A stretch of 64,000 nt of DNA from a virus (IMGVR_UViG_3300031775_000001:1-64000), one strand, 5' to 3'. Shown: positions 16,617 to 29,369, counted from the stretch's first letter. The notes: generated by a model from the letters alone, not told the origin. Program-made: numbers and translations.

Positions 16617-18950
16617 TCAAGAGTTATTTTCATCATTCTTTGTTTCTTTTACGGAATCGCAAAAGTTTACATAATCCAGAATACCCTTGCCTGTCTTGCT
16701 CGCCTCTCCCCAATGAATATAAATATGCTCAAGAACAGGGTAATCCCTAACCACCTCATTCAACATAGACCTTAATCCTCCAAGAGAAAGGTTTGATGAA
16801 ATATCAAAATTAGGATTGAACTGTTCGTTAAAACTTAAAAGCAATTCATCGTTACGAGAATCATTGGAATACTTGCTATAGTCACAAGAGAATATTTTCA
16901 CACTCTTAACCAAAATATGATCCTTCCCTAAAGATTTAATTGAGTTGTATATGTCATCGTTTTCCAAAATATCATAAATCTTAGAATAAGAACCATTCAC
17001 TTTCTCATCCGATTTTAATTTTTTGAGAATATTTAAATTCTGATAAGATTGGACTGATTCTTCTGCAAAAGAATCTTTTGTTTGTTCTATCACCCAATCT
17101 AATCCATTTTTCCAAACGGATTTCTGAAGTTTCTTGCATTGCTTCTCTTGGACTCCATAAATGACCGGAAATGTCTTATCCTCTTCCTCAAATTTATCTT
17201 TAAGTGCTTTTAATACGCTTTTCATTCTAACGATAGACACAACTTCTTCGCAAGGATCATCACCCTCCCTCACTATGCGATTGCCCAATGTAGCAAAATA
17301 AACACATTCGGTTGAATTATTAGTTAAATCATCAGAATCGTGATCGGAATGATTCCAATTCGCAGAAGGATTATCCTTCCAACTGTGAATGTTGAATTCC
17401 TTTAGTCCCACTCGACCCTTCAAGGTCTTCGATTTTGTTTTGGAGGCAAGAATTGCCTTTTCTACTGTAGATAAATAAACAACTCGATCAGAACTAATTA
17501 AATCGAAACTATGATGCTTATTGAACGCATCTTGATCCTCCGGAGAATCAAAACTCAGAACTTGAATATCGGATAAATCTTCGTTCTCCAAGAATAAGGT
17601 TCTCGCCTTCAGAGAAAGACCATGAGATGGACAATCCGCAATAGCTATTACAGTACCTTCCGTGCAATATATCTTGTCTGCCTTTTTGTTTACCACTCGA
17701 AAACCATCTGATACATCAGAATCTTCATCTTTCGCATACTTGAAAACCCTAATCCTTCGATAGTCATTATCATAAGAAAAATTACAATCAAATGAAGGAG
17801 AGGTGATCTTCACCCCTTTCCAACTAAATGAACTTTCCAATAACCTTTTTAAATTATGTGGAATTGAGTTATAGATTTGAGAGTATTTAATCTTTGCCTC
17901 CCAAAGATCATTAGCCTCTGCCAGTTTTGCTTGAGCAATAGTCTCGACTTCAGAAATAACCTCGTTGGCGCGATTAATTAAAATAGCTTGAGTGGGTTTA
18001 TTGTACTCAATTGATTCTCTACTATGATGTAGCTTTAGAGAACCTATTTCAAATTCAATATGAAGATTATCTTGTTGGAGAAGTTCCCTAATCATGTCTC
18101 CATTTTTTTCATTATCTAAATTCATGGAGTCCACATTGATTGGATAGCGAATTCTTCCCATAACGGCATGGGCATTATAGTGCCTTCCATAATGATAACT
18201 ATTATCGCTTTCCTCCAAAAACCATCCATTCCCATCCAATGTCCTTGAAACCTTTTCTATTTCAGAAGGCAAGCCAAAGAAAGCAGGAAGATCATCTTCG
18301 TTGAAGTATTTGAAAAAAGAGACTATTTTCCCATTAAAACTATTAATGTCATCCGTTGCAATAGCTACTGACACTTCAAGACCAGAATCCTCATCCGAAG
18401 ACTCCGAATGCAATTTAACGATTTTCGTATCATCGTTTTCATCTACATAGATATTATACGAATTCTTTACTCCTCCATTGCGAGACACAACAGTAAAACT
18501 ATCTCCGTAAGAGAGAGGAGCAAATTTTCCTATTCCAAACGCACCAATATAATTATTAGATGACCTCTTGGTACTCTTTCCATACTTGGAGTACAGATCA
18601 AATATTTCTTTATCACTCAATCCGTTTCCGAAATCTCTTACGTAAAAATTAGGATTAGTTTGAGATGGAGCATGAACCTCTACCTTCTTACCGGACTTAG
18701 CCTCAATGTTTGCATCAAGTGCATTTGCCGTAATCTCCCGAATGATAGCAAGTTGCGAATCAGAATAATTGTTACGCAATAAAGATGCAACATAACGCAT
18801 ATCTTCGGCATCAATAGTGCAATTAACTTGATCGAAATCGTGAGACTGCACAACCAATTTTTTATCTTTTTCTATAATCATAACTTTATTTTTTTCTTGT
18901 TTTAATTTTGAAACTCCAATCACTATACATCCGAAAGGATTTAGAGTCAA
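16617..18950 (-). CDS. rIIA: RIIA-like protein with N-terminal GHKL/HSP90-type ATPase (likely start at 18881)
   Basis: IIREITANALDA, VRDFGNG, STKRSSNNYIGAFGIGKF motifs; own TTGACT-17-TATAGT promoter. Confidence 0.88.
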   Translation of the reverse strand: MTLNPFGCIVIGVSKLKQEKNKVMIIEKDKKLVVQSHDFDQVNCTIDAEDMRYVASLLRNNYSDSQLAIIREITANALDANIEAKSGKKVEVHAPSQTNPNFYVRDFGNGLSDKEIFDLYSKYGKSTKRSSNNYIGAFGIGKFAPLSYGDSFTVVSRNGGVKNSYNIYVDENDDTKIVKLHSESSDEDSGLEVSVAIATDDINSFNGKIVSFFKYFNEDDLPAFFGLPSEIEKVSRTLDGNGWFLEESDNSYHYGRHYNAHAVMGRIRYPINVDSMNLDNEKNGDMIRELLQQDNLHIEFEIGSLKLHHSRESIEYNKPTQAILINRANEVISEVETIAQAKLAEANDLWEAKIKYSQIYNSIPHNLKRLLESSFSWKGVKITSPSFDCNFSYDNDYRRIRVFKYAKDEDSDVSDGFRVVNKKADKIYCTEGTVIAIADCPSHGLSLKARTLFLENEDLSDIQVLSFDSPEDQDAFNKHHSFDLISSDRVVYLSTVEKAILASKTKSKTLKGRVGLKEFNIHSWKDNPSANWNHSDHDSDDLTNNSTECVYFATLGNRIVREGDDPCEEVVSIVRMKSVLKALKDKFEEEDKTFPVIYGVQEKQCKKLQKSVWKNGLDWVIEQTKDSFAEESVQSYQNLNILKKLKSDEKVNGSYSKIYDILENDDIYNSIKSLGKDHILVKSVKIFSCDYSKYSNDSRNDELLLSFNEQFNPNFDISSNLSLGGLRSMLNEVVRDYPVLEHIYIHWGEASKTGKGILDYVNFCDSVKETKNDENNS

Positions 18951-19101
18951 GTCTTTTTTTACTGTTGTTCTCTTTTTTCTTTAATATACCTAATAATATC
19001 TGCAATAGCGTCTTCTGGTCTTTCCTTCTTAAATGTCATCCAATCAAAGCTAAGGCATTCTTCCAGAGAAGTCAAGACAGTATTTAAAATTTCTTTATCG
19101 C

Positions 19102-19737
19102 TCATGCAACCATTACCTTCTCGCCAAGTTCCCATTCTTCTACAAGAGTACCATTCTTTAATGGCAAAACTCTATTCACTAGAAAATTAATAACTGATTG
19201 GGAAATGTCCACCACTTCAATAAACTCCTTGTACGAAAAAGGATTGCAACTACCTTGCCCACCATAGGAAATTCGATACCCTTCAGCATCGGGGAGAGGA
19301 ATGTCGGACTCCTTGACGCTATCCCAATTCCCATTGGAATCCTTTTCCCATTTATGAACAAAATGATAAGATGAAATATAAACTAAAGCATCTATACTAG
19401 GTTTTTTAGCACCAGAACTTTCATGTCTTTCTGTATAATTAACAATGTCGATAGTGGCACAAGGGAAATCGCTAGTAACGTTAGTGAGTTTTACATGAAT
19501 TGCTTTGTATTTGTCCCTGCTCCAGTAAACATGGTCTTGACCATTCCATCTTTTGGTTTTCTTTCTCTCTCCCCCAGATAGTTTGCACATTTTATCGTTA
19601 CGATCCGTTTTGGTCGTATAGGAAAGAATATTTTCCGCAGGTAACAATTTCTTTATTGTGTTATTGCTCTTGAATATAATATCCTTTGGGGAAAAGGAAG
19701 ACCAATTAATTCTTTGTGTTTCAAAGTAATTTTTCAT
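19102..19737 (-). CDS. hypothetical protein (211 aa)
   Basis: Long ORF on the dominant strand. Confidence 0.7.
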   Translation of the reverse strand: MKNYFETQRINWSSFSPKDIIFKSNNTIKKLLPAENILSYTTKTDRNDKMCKLSGGERKKTKRWNGQDHVYWSRDKYKAIHVKLTNVTSDFPCATIDIVNYTERHESSGAKKPSIDALVYISSYHFVHKWEKDSNGNWDSVKESDIPLPDAEGYRISYGGQGSCNPFSYKEFIEVVDISQSVINFLVNRVLPLKNGTLVEEWELGEKVMVA

Positions 19738-20613
19738 ATTTTTTATTTCTTATTTTTAGGATGAGAAACTACACTATGGGTAGATTCTCTTGAATAGTCA
19801 AGACTTTTCTTTCTTTCTCCTCAAGTAACCACTATCTTCAAGAGTCCATGCCCAAGGAACAGAATTTTTTTTCGATTTTAAGGACTCGATATACTCATAG
19901 ACAAAGTGAAGGGCAACTACATAATCGTCACTCAATTCGCAATATCCCTCATTGTCAAGTTGGTTCATGTGCAGTTTGCAACCCTCGCAAACCTTTCCTA
20001 AATGATCTAGGATGTTTTCTTTCATTATTTGGGGTCGTAGTGGTAATCGTTCTCGTAGTTTTTGAATTGATAACCATATTCATCATAAAAACATTTAACC
20101 ATCTTAACTGCTTCCATAACGTTCTCGTTGCCATCTCCAAGTGCAGATGACTCTGCCTCGTCCATAACTAAATCCATTGCTTCTTCAAGAGTCATTATTT
20201 GAATCTCCAAAAAGATTGTTCCACTCGTCACGAACATCAATGTCATCCATGTTCTCAAGCCCTTCAAATCCATTAAGAAGTAACTCCATAATATCAGAAT
20301 GTTGCAAAGTGTCTGCTTCTTGCTCTGCCAAATCTTGACGCATTTCATCAATGGTTATAGGTCGGAGGGGAGAATCGGGATACTCTCCTCGTCTTAGGTG
20401 TCTATTAGTTGTTCTCATTATATAAGTCTCCTTTTCTGTAGTGGGCTATAGCTTCAAGAGTTTCTTGTGCAATTCCTATTGCGGTATGGGCGCTATATTT
20501 GTCATCTCCAGTAACCTCTACAATAGTCTCAAGACCATCTTGCAGGATTGCCGAAAGTTTAGCTTCGTTATTAAGTTTTTCTGTGAGAAATTCTATCTCT
20601 TTATTTGTGTCCA

Positions 20614-20910
20614 TTATAGTGTGTTCCCATGTTCATCATCGCAAATTGTGCTTTCATCTAATGTCCCATCACTTTGATATATAGAATATTTTGTGTGATG
20701 TTCTCCCCTTGCTTGAGCCAAAAGGTCTTGGCTCATTTCATTTGGAATGTCCCTGCCTTTTACTTCATCAACATGAGTGATATTGAAATCACAATCCATT
20801 AAAGTATCATACACATCCAACTCTCTTACTTTTTCTTCTGCCTCTTCTTCAGAATTAGCCTCGACTTCAAAGCTATTGTAAATTTTTACTCCTACTTTAT
20901 ATTTATTCAT
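20614..20910 (-). CDS. DpnD/PcfM-like small protein
   Basis: YKV...FEVEANSEEEAEEKV motif. Confidence 0.6.
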   Translation of the reverse strand: MNKYKVGVKIYNSFEVEANSEEEAEEKVRELDVYDTLMDCDFNITHVDEVKGRDIPNEMSQDLLAQARGEHHTKYSIYQSDGTLDESTICDDEHGNTL

Positions 20911-20912
20911 AA

Positions 20913-21245
20913 TTAATTTTTATTAAATCCCCAATTGTCGGAAGGGCGAGGATTATAATTTAAAAATTCTTCCTCATTGAATGGGTTTTCTCTGATTTTA
21001 TCCACATCCCCTTTGGTGAACAACTCTGAATTTTCGTTTTGGAATTTACCTAAATCTTCTTTCGTCTTTATCCAATCTACTTCGATTGCATTGAACTCGT
21101 CCACTTGAGTGGATATTTCTCCATACTTCATCATTGTTTCTAAACTTTGATTGTCAAATTTTTCCCTTGCACCCTCTTCGGACTCAGCTTCAATGTAATG
21201 TATATTTGACATTTTAACTGCCACTTGATATTTTTTCATACGCAT
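20913..21245 (-). CDS. DpnD/PcfM-like small protein
   Basis: YQV...YIEAESEEGAREK motif. Confidence 0.6.
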   Translation of the reverse strand: MRMKKYQVAVKMSNIHYIEAESEEGAREKFDNQSLETMMKYGEISTQVDEFNAIEVDWIKTKEDLGKFQNENSELFTKGDVDKIRENPFNEEEFLNYNPRPSDNWGFNKN

Positions 21246-22186
21246 TCTCCCCTAATAAATTTACCGAATTCATTGTTATCCATTTGGGAAGTATCAACAG
21301 TCTTTTTCGCTTTCTTTCTTCCAGTAACATCCACGAATAAAGTCTCTCCGGTCTTGGAAGCACCAAATATTACCCCTCCTCCATTACCTTCATAATCGCA
21401 ACTAGGGAATAGCGTTCCTCCGCAATCAAGTTCAAGAACTAAAATCGGGGAATTTGGATTTTGATACCAACCTTCTCGATCACATTCTGATTGATTCATA
21501 TATCTGATCTTAACTATTTTCTTTCCTATTATTTCCATTTTGAATTTTCCTCTATTATTTTTTCATCATTTTTTCTGCTTCCATAAGAATATCGCACACT
21601 TCTCGGATATTGTCAACCGGAATCTGAAAGAATTTATTATGACTCAACCCATGACTTGTAATCGCAGTAACTCCAACGAAATCACTAAAATCAAAAGCCT
21701 TGATACTGAATCCGCTCAAGCCACTCCAATCTTTTGAGCTAGACCAAGAGGTTTGTTTCTTAATTTCTTCATTTGTTCTCCCTTTAGACCAAACAACTTC
21801 CTTTTCCAACGATTTATGTTTATCTGAATTCATTTTATTATCATACATATTTATATAACCTCTAATTTGTAATACCCATGAGAAAGCAAAGCATCAGTAG
21901 AAAGTTCTTTAAGACCATTATAGTCTTCATAGATTTCCCTTAGCTTACCTAAGTTCATTCCAATGTAATATGATGCTCCTTCTATACTAGGGTCTTGCCT
22001 TCTATTTTGTCTATCCACCTCAAGGCAATACTCAAGCATTTTTTGGGAATCGACATTCCAAACAAATTTAACTTTGCGATTCCTGTCATCGCTAATTGTT
22101 TTTCCACAAGTATTTTTTTTAATTATTTCTTCCTTAGAGGTCGAACTATCTATCATTTCTATTCTTTTCATACTATCACTCTATTA

Positions 22187-22420
22187 TCAGTTCTCGGACT
22201 TGTCAAGAATTTTTGACACCAGATCAAAAGTTTTTGGATTTTCTATCTCCTCCTCTATTATTGAATGGTCAACTTGAAATGATCCCTCTATGTATTCTCC
22301 TTCCGGTAATGAACATTCAGAACTCTCTGCTATCTCAATAGCCTCATCCCACGAATCTGCTTCTACTTCTGCATGACCATACAACTCCCACGAACATGGT
22401 ACTTTATAATAATTTTTCAT
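22187..22420 (-). CDS. DpnD/PcfM-like small protein
   Basis: YKV...EVEADSWDEAIEIA motif. Confidence 0.6.
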   Translation of the reverse strand: MKNYYKVPCSWELYGHAEVEADSWDEAIEIAESSECSLPEGEYIEGSFQVDHSIIEEEIENPKTFDLVSKILDKSEN

Positions 22421-22752
22421 TGATCTTCTTTAAATAATTTAATGGTTATTTGTACATACTCGTTTTCTTCGGCAGGAAAAACCCACTCAAACGACTTGTC
22501 CTCATGGAGCATTGCTTGAAGCTCTTGCTCATCAAAGGGAACTGTAATGGTGTAATCTTCGCTCATTGTTATTATTTACCTTCTAATTAAATCGTTTTTG
22601 TAATCTAATACAATCTCAAACGCTTCCTTGAGTTTGTCAAGATAAGGGCTTTCGCACTTCCCTTCCGTATGATGCCAATTATCAAAATATTCATCAATAT
22701 CTATTTCGACTCTCTGCAACACAATATCAAATGCTTCTTTGGTAGTCATTAT

Positions 22753-23055
22753 TTATTCCTCGTACATATAAATTGGCGTATATTCACCTACATAAGCACC
22801 TGCAATATTGAAATCAAAAAATTCATAAGCCTCCTCGTAGGTCATGCCATCTCTTTGCATAAGAGTCCCAATAATTGCATCGACAAAGTAGATTGCCCTG
22901 CCTTGAGTGTCGTAACCCGCTAAAGCGTCATCGTGACCATCGACTAGCATTGCCATCTCATTGGATGCTACAATAGAATCCTTGAGTTCTTCAAGGCGTT
23001 TCTTTCGTCTAGCCATTATTTCTTGGTAAACATCTTCTCTTTTTTCTTCAATCAT
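22753..23055 (-). CDS. hypothetical phage protein (DGHDDAL...EEAYEFFDFNI..AYVGE motif)
   Basis: Motif pattern of a widespread phage family. Confidence 0.7.
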   Translation of the reverse strand: MIEEKREDVYQEIMARRKKRLEELKDSIVASNEMAMLVDGHDDALAGYDTQGRAIYFVDAIIGTLMQRDGMTYEEAYEFFDFNIAGAYVGEYTPIYMYEE

Positions 23056-23279
23056 AATATTTCCTTACATTCTTCTACTGATTGTGTGGCACTCCAAAGG
23101 TCGCCTTTATACGAGTAAAGATGGTCGTCCACTCCGCTTACAGGATAAAACAATCTATCGCCACCATTTTCAGCAAGCATTCTTTTCGCTATGTAATACG
23201 CTTGAGCCTCATCTTCTGCTTGAACTTGAATAGTTCCACGAAGTTTCTCTACGATTTCCATTTGAAATTTTTTAATCAT
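23052..23279 (-). CDS. DpnD/PcfM-like small protein
   Basis: KFQMEIVE...IQVQAEDEAQAYYIA motif. Confidence 0.6.
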   Translation of the reverse strand: MIKKFQMEIVEKLRGTIQVQAEDEAQAYYIAKRMLAENGGDRLFYPVSGVDDHLYSYKGDLWSATQSVEECKEIL

Positions 23280-23508
23280 TTAATTTCCCACAATATACTA
23301 CCGCTCTGTCTCCATGCTTCTGGTTGCCATGATATTTGGCTAAACTTTCGTAGGAAGCCTCCGCATTCCATTCGGGGTAGAAAAGTTTATCACAACCATA
23401 TTCATTAAGCAATTCTGCCCCAATCTCTTCCGCTTTTTCAGCACTCTCTGCTTCAATATCAATGCAACCTGCGATTTCCTCGTATAATCCGACTCTGTAT
23501 TTTTTCAT
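23272..23508 (-). CDS. DpnD/PcfM-like small protein
   Basis: YRV...IDIEAESAEKAEEI motif. Confidence 0.6.
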   Translation of the reverse strand: MKKYRVGLYEEIAGCIDIEAESAEKAEEIGAELLNEYGCDKLFYPEWNAEASYESLAKYHGNQKHGDRAVVYCGKLND

Positions 23509-26030
23509 GTTATTTCCTCTATAAAATCTAAAACTTTTTTGTACTTCCTATGCACCAATCTTAACTTAACTTCCTTCGCTTTGTCAAGGTTTTTCGTCTT
23601 GTAATAAACAGATTGTGACGAGGGAAGATGTGGGTTCATTAATATTTGATAATATTTTTGCCCATTTTTCATCCCATATTTAGAGTAGGGGATCAATTCT
23701 TTTTTGCGATTGGGGAGAAGTAGTGCATAACTGCCCCCTTTTAATTTGTTCCACCCGACTTTTAATTCAGCATTCATTATCCCAACATATTAGAGGGATC
23801 ATGGCAACTCGTCAAGTATTTATTTATTAAAAATCATTTTGTATTTCTTCCACGTAATTACGTAACCAAGATAAAAATTTCTTCAAATCATAACAGAATC
23901 TTTTAGCATCATTCCTTTTAAGCCAGAATTCCGTCTGAGATAAAAGAGAAGCCATTTTCTCTTGAATCATTGATAATTCCTCTTCATTGAAGAATCCAGA
24001 ACATAAATCCGATTCCACAATAGCACTAAGACTCTTAATGTCTTTATCTATTTCCGGTTCATATTTGACCCAATCCTCAAGGTCTTCATCTCTTGCGTCC
24101 ATTCTAGTCCCTGTTGCTACAAATGATTCTTTCTACAATATCTAAGAAATATTTATTTAACTCCGTTTCTAATTCATTTAAGATTAAGTCTGTAGAATCT
24201 TCAGAGAGAGAATATTTATTCAAAACTTTTAGTATTATTTCCTTCATTGATTTTTTTTAGAACATTATTAGCTTCCTCTATAGCCTTCTTGTAATCTTTT
24301 TGATTCATAAAAAATAAAATAGAATCATACATCGTTACTAATTCCTCATTCAAATCTTCTTCCATAATAAAATCTGGCGAACCTACAGTCTTTATTATTT
24401 GCTGAGAAAGGTCAAGCAATTTCTTTTCTTCATCCTCCATATTTGTTTATTCTTTCGTTCTATTTGTTTTCGTTGTCCATCTGGTCTTGACTATTTTTTG
24501 CCGACTATTTTCATTTCAACCGGCTGATATACTATCATTTCATCAACAGGATCATTAAACTCATCACCAAGTTCCCATACTCTGATTGACATAGTATCAG
24601 TTGAATTATTAATTTTTACCGAAAGATTGCCGACTGTAATCCATGCGTGTTTGCCCGATAGGATAAAGTCCTCCCCATCACTCCCATGAGGTTTAATATT
24701 CATTATTATTTGCCTCTATTTCTTCTGCAATTAATTCTATTGCTTCTTCGAGTTTTTTCCACTCAAGCCTTCTATCTATTATTAAATCTTGAATGCGAGC
24801 ATTCTTGGGGACGATTGCTTGTTGTAAATGACCAATCAAGGATATTGACTTAATAAGCCCTTGTTGATAACCTTCTTGCCAATCGGGAGTATTTGCACGA
24901 ATACTCTTTGGGTTTATTACGCCTAATTCTTCTGCTCCGTATTTCTTATTTTCATTTGTGTATATTTGTGCTTGTCGTTCATTGCGAACCCCATCCTCAT
25001 AACCTGCATTGTAGTCACTTCCACTCATGTTATTTGTTCCTTCTCTATGATAAATTTATTTAAAGTTCCTTCTTCTATATGTAATTCGGATTCTATCATG
25101 GGAATTAAGGTTTCCCCTATTTCTATTTGATTGTCAACGCAAGACAGGGACTCAAGTAATGATACTAGACTTTTCCCTGTATTAGTCCTACTCTCTTGCC
25201 CACTAAGAAATAAATTATCAGCAGTTACAAGCATAAGATCATCAAGTTTAATAATGATTGCATTTACTGCATCTGAACTACCTCTTATTCCTAGTTTAAC
25301 CTTCATGGCACTTTTCGTTTTCTATAACCTCTTTAATATAATCTGTATCATAAGTGTTATAAATATATTCTTCCATTACTTGAGAACACTCCGAAAGCCT
25401 TTCCGGTATGCAAACCCATTCGTCTTCATAAGACTCTATAAAATCTTCGCGTTTCCAATTCTTTCTTATTGAACATAATTCTTCTACTAATTCTCCATGC
25501 GTTTTCATAATTCTATATGGGTTATTTAAAGTTTGTCTGATTATTCCTGCTATTGTACTCATAATTAATTCCAATCAAAATCTATCGAATAAGCAAATGC
25601 CATTCTATCTTTCCAAGGTTCTCCATATTTATCTTCTTTAGTAGGATCGGTAATCCTTACTATAATACCCATACCTTCATACAATTCCTCACCATCGGTA
25701 GAGAATATGCAGTCTATATTTAGAGTGTCTGTTTGGAATACATGAACATCCTCTTTGTAATCAAGAAAATGAACAGGCACTCCCAAGTCATCTGCCACTA
25801 AATCATTTCTGATAGTTAAGTGACTGCCATCATGCTCTAAGGTCTCTGTGTTTACCGCTCTCATTTCTTTTTCTTTTTTTTGTTATTCTTACAATACTGA
25901 AGGAAAGTCATCTTTTTGTCAAGTCCTAATCGCACCCATTCTTTATACAAATTCATTCTTTGAGACCGGTGCTTGCCTGTACCCTTTGAAAACTCTCTTG
26001 ATGTCTTATTGTCAAACCCTCCCATATCGT

Positions 26031-26213
26031 TTACTCCTGTTCCCCCCAAGACTCTACCCAAGGAGGATTGTCGGGGTCATATTCCATGCTACCCTCATAG
26101 TCTCCTATGTTATTTTCAGCAATCTTTAATGCCTCATCTTCGCTTTCAGCTTTAATGAGTTCTGTACCTGTTGCATGGTAGTTTTTGACCCATGCTATCT
26201 CGTATGTTTTCAT
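26031..26213 (-). CDS. DpnD/PcfM-like small protein
   Basis: YEI...LIKAESEDEALKIA motif. Confidence 0.55.
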   Translation of the reverse strand: MKTYEIAWVKNYHATGTELIKAESEDEALKIAENNIGDYEGSMEYDPDNPPWVESWGEQE

Positions 26214-26832
26214 GTATTCACTATATGCGAATAGTTATTTGATGTCAAGAACTAATTCTGGATAAATCGCTTTAATGAAATCTTCAGAGGCAAACCAACC
26301 ATCGGGTACATAGAAATCTTTATTTGATTGTTTTTTCATTGCAATATACTTTTCCCACAATCTGGGATTCGATACTCTACAATCTAATTCGACCAAGTGT
26401 TTGGCGTTAGGGAATTCTAGGTCTTCTTCTGTATCACTCATGCCACTAAAGGGAACTCCTATCTCTTTAAATAGTTCGTATTTGGCATCTAATGGTTCAC
26501 TCACTTAAATGAGGTGAAGAGTATTGCACAAAATAATATTACCAATACAATTCCCATCCCTACGCTATTTGCTATAAGTATATCCGAAAAACTCATATTA
26601 CAAATTTAAGTTTTCTTTCTTTTCTTAGATGTCTTTTTGGAATCTTGCTTCCAGTCAGCCTCCACCCAATCTTCGCCCTTTTTTTGAGACGCATAGAAAC
26701 GATTCAAGACCCCGGCATCTTCATAAGTGATATATTTAGAACTTAAAACTTTTTTAGTTTTATGATCTATTAGGTTGTACCTAGATACATTTTTATTCCA
26801 AACTTCTTTGTTAAACATCATATATTTAATTT

Positions 26833-27408
26833 TTAGATCGAGTAATCATAATTGTCGTGATGCTCCATCAATTCTTTAATTTTATTTCTTGCTTTATACC
26901 AAATCTCTTTAGAGTCATCTTTAATTTGAGCTAGACCATAATCATGCCATACTTTGCATATCTTGTCAATATTTTTATCATTGGCGTAAACAACGAAGTG
27001 ATTCCAATTCTTTTCTCCGTCTATTACTTCTTGTTCAATCCATTCGGCAGGATACCCTTCTGAGAAATACAACACGGCATTATCTTCCGCAAACTTTCTA
27101 GCGAGAGACACGAAACTATCTTCTATATCATGTGACTCGTAGAGGTCGGCATCTTCATGCCAAGACTCATAAACGCTAATGGTGAATTTAAAAGTATCTT
27201 TGATAGCAACTGCTTCTCGTTGCCACTTCGCTAATTCTTCGTCACCATGCTCCATCATCTCAACGCTATGATCGTTGCCGTACCGCTTCATTTGCTTTGT
27301 GACAGGACTCGCATAGATAATCTTTTGAAACTCTCTAAGGAGTTGCTCGTTAGACTTTGTAGTCTCTGGTGTCCTTCTAAAACTTACTGATAATCCTTCT
27401 CCGCTCAT
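26833..27408 (-). CDS. hypothetical protein (191 aa)
   Basis: Long ORF on the dominant strand. Confidence 0.7.
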   Translation of the reverse strand: MSGEGLSVSFRRTPETTKSNEQLLREFQKIIYASPVTKQMKRYGNDHSVEMMEHGDEELAKWQREAVAIKDTFKFTISVYESWHEDADLYESHDIEDSFVSLARKFAEDNAVLYFSEGYPAEWIEQEVIDGEKNWNHFVVYANDKNIDKICKVWHDYGLAQIKDDSKEIWYKARNKIKELMEHHDNYDYSI

Positions 27409-27646
27409 TATTTTAACCCCACTTCTATTTTTGATTCTATTTTCTTTTTGGTTATTAAATGCAAGTAGTCCACATACCTTATATTTAGTGCTTTAGCTTG
27501 AGCTTTTAGATACTCTTCGTTCTCGATGGCTCTCTCGGCGGTAATCGGGCAATCATCTCCCATCATAGGGTAGTTATGAAGCGTGTCAACACTTTTATTT
27601 GACGAACATCCTACCCCAAAGGTCATAACTGTAAAAAGTATTTTGT

Positions 27647-27883
27647 TCATTTAGCGCTCTCCCAAGTTTCTTTGAGGGTAGCCTTGCGATAGTCTTGAGA
27701 ACTCATATCTAAATCCCCAAGAATATCTGCCCCTCCTCTCTCCTCTAAAATTTCTCTTGCTTCTTCTTCCGTATCCGCATCTATCTGATAAACATAAGTC
27801 GCAGGAACGCTAAAAATATAACTGTTCTTTTTGCTTAAATCCCAATCGTAATCCATATTGTAATACATCTCGCAATCAGTCAT
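27647..27883 (-). CDS. DpnD/PcfM-like small protein, close paralog of 32351..32533
   Basis: YIFSVPATYVYQIDADTEEEAREIL. Confidence 0.6.
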   Translation of the reverse strand: MTDCEMYYNMDYDWDLSKKNSYIFSVPATYVYQIDADTEEEAREILEERGGADILGDLDMSSQDYRKATLKETWESAK

Positions 27884-28108
27884 TCTTTATTCTTTCTCCT
27901 AATTTAATAAGCATTTCTTCCACATCTGTCATGGTATCTCTAAAATGACGAGAGCGATATTCCGAAGGCGTGTCTTGGTCTGCCTGTTCAAAAAGATCAT
28001 GCAAAAGATTGACAACCTTATCGAATGTTTTCTTTTTTATTTTTTTATTCATAATGCCATAACATTAAAACCTTTCCCCGGAATTGTCAAGGCTTTTTTT
28101 TGTTTTAA

Positions 28109-28874
28109 TTAAAAAGGCGTATATCCATCGTCATCAATCTTCCACATTTCCTCTCTAGCTTTTTTATTTTCATTACAATATTTGGCAAAACCTTTAGATT
28201 GAGCTTTCGTCATTAAATCTTCTACATCTTTACGGGAGAACCATCTACCAACATCATCCTCTTTAGTTAAAGCAAAGAAATTATCATTATCACCAATAAT
28301 TGCAACCTCGTAAGTATCATCTTCGATTTTGCCTCCAAAGTCATTAGTACCCCCTTCTTGGCGTGAAATGACGGATATTGTACGATTTCTGCCTAGACTA
28401 AGTTTTGCCACAAACCCTTCTTTGCGACTATCGAGGGAAAACTTTAAGTCTTCAAATTTTTTCATTTTCAGAATCCGGAAATACTCGTCCCCCAAACAAA
28501 CAATATTGAAGCAATATATTTGCATCCTCTTCATTCCACTTATTTAAGACAAATTTAAAATATCTTTTAAAGTCTTTTGATTTTAATTGTTTTAACCCAT
28601 CTATAAACAATCCAAGGGTTAAAATCCAAGGGTTTTTTAAAGAACCTGTAGCTCCGAATCTGTTTTTATATGTTTTTTTTCCGTATATTAAATACCCCGG
28701 AACTGTAGTTGAATCGTCATGGAAAAGAATTTCCTCCATCGGAACATCTTTTCTTGACCCATTAGTCTTGTAGTCTTTAATCCAATCTAAATTAGCCTCC
28801 ATCAAGGCAACCGCAAGAATTTCTGAAAGATTCCCTCTCTGGAAGGAACAATCTCCTAAATCAAATTTTTCCAT
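28109..28874 (-). other. two hypothetical ORFs (about 140 aa each)
   Basis: Adjacent minus-strand ORFs; their annotated overlap probably reflects over-extended starts. Confidence 0.55.
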
Positions 28875-28934
28875 ATTTTATATCCTTAATATCTATACAG
28901 TAAGCCCAAGAAACTTAAATGTCAAGAAAAAACT

Positions 28935-29369
28935 TTAAATCAAGATTTCCGGTTCTTCCTCAAATTCGTGCATACAAGACCAACTTACTCCCGACTCTTG
29001 CTCCGAATCATCTGAAGTTGTTAAATCAATAGAGAACTCCCGGATTGCCTTGGCGATAGGTCTAGGAGCGTCCCAAGCGGTATCAAAAATATATTCAATG
29101 TGATTGCCGGACTCAGAACTTATTTCCGATCTTACGGAATTCCATTTAGTACCCCAATTGTCTGAACTCCAACGATACCAATTATTAATACTGTCTAGTT
29201 GTTCGGAACTAATATTTCCTGTAGCCTTAAAGTCTTTTGAATTAGGAGGCATAGGAATGATTTTATTAAAATCAAAAACATTATCTTTGGATTCAAATTT
29301 CTTTTTGAGTTCTTTTATTTTGTTTTTAGACCCTTCAAATCTTACTATGTTATGTGTCCAGTTCGGCAT
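28935..29369 (-). CDS. YubB/Api92-like ferredoxin-fold protein
   Basis: MPNW.HN, FDFNKIIPMP, WYRW..NWGTKWN and FDTAW motifs. Confidence 0.75.
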   Translation of the reverse strand: MPNWTHNIVRFEGSKNKIKELKKKFESKDNVFDFNKIIPMPPNSKDFKATGNISSEQLDSINNWYRWSSDNWGTKWNSVRSEISSESGNHIEYIFDTAWDAPRPIAKAIREFSIDLTTSDDSEQESGVSWSCMHEFEEEPEILI

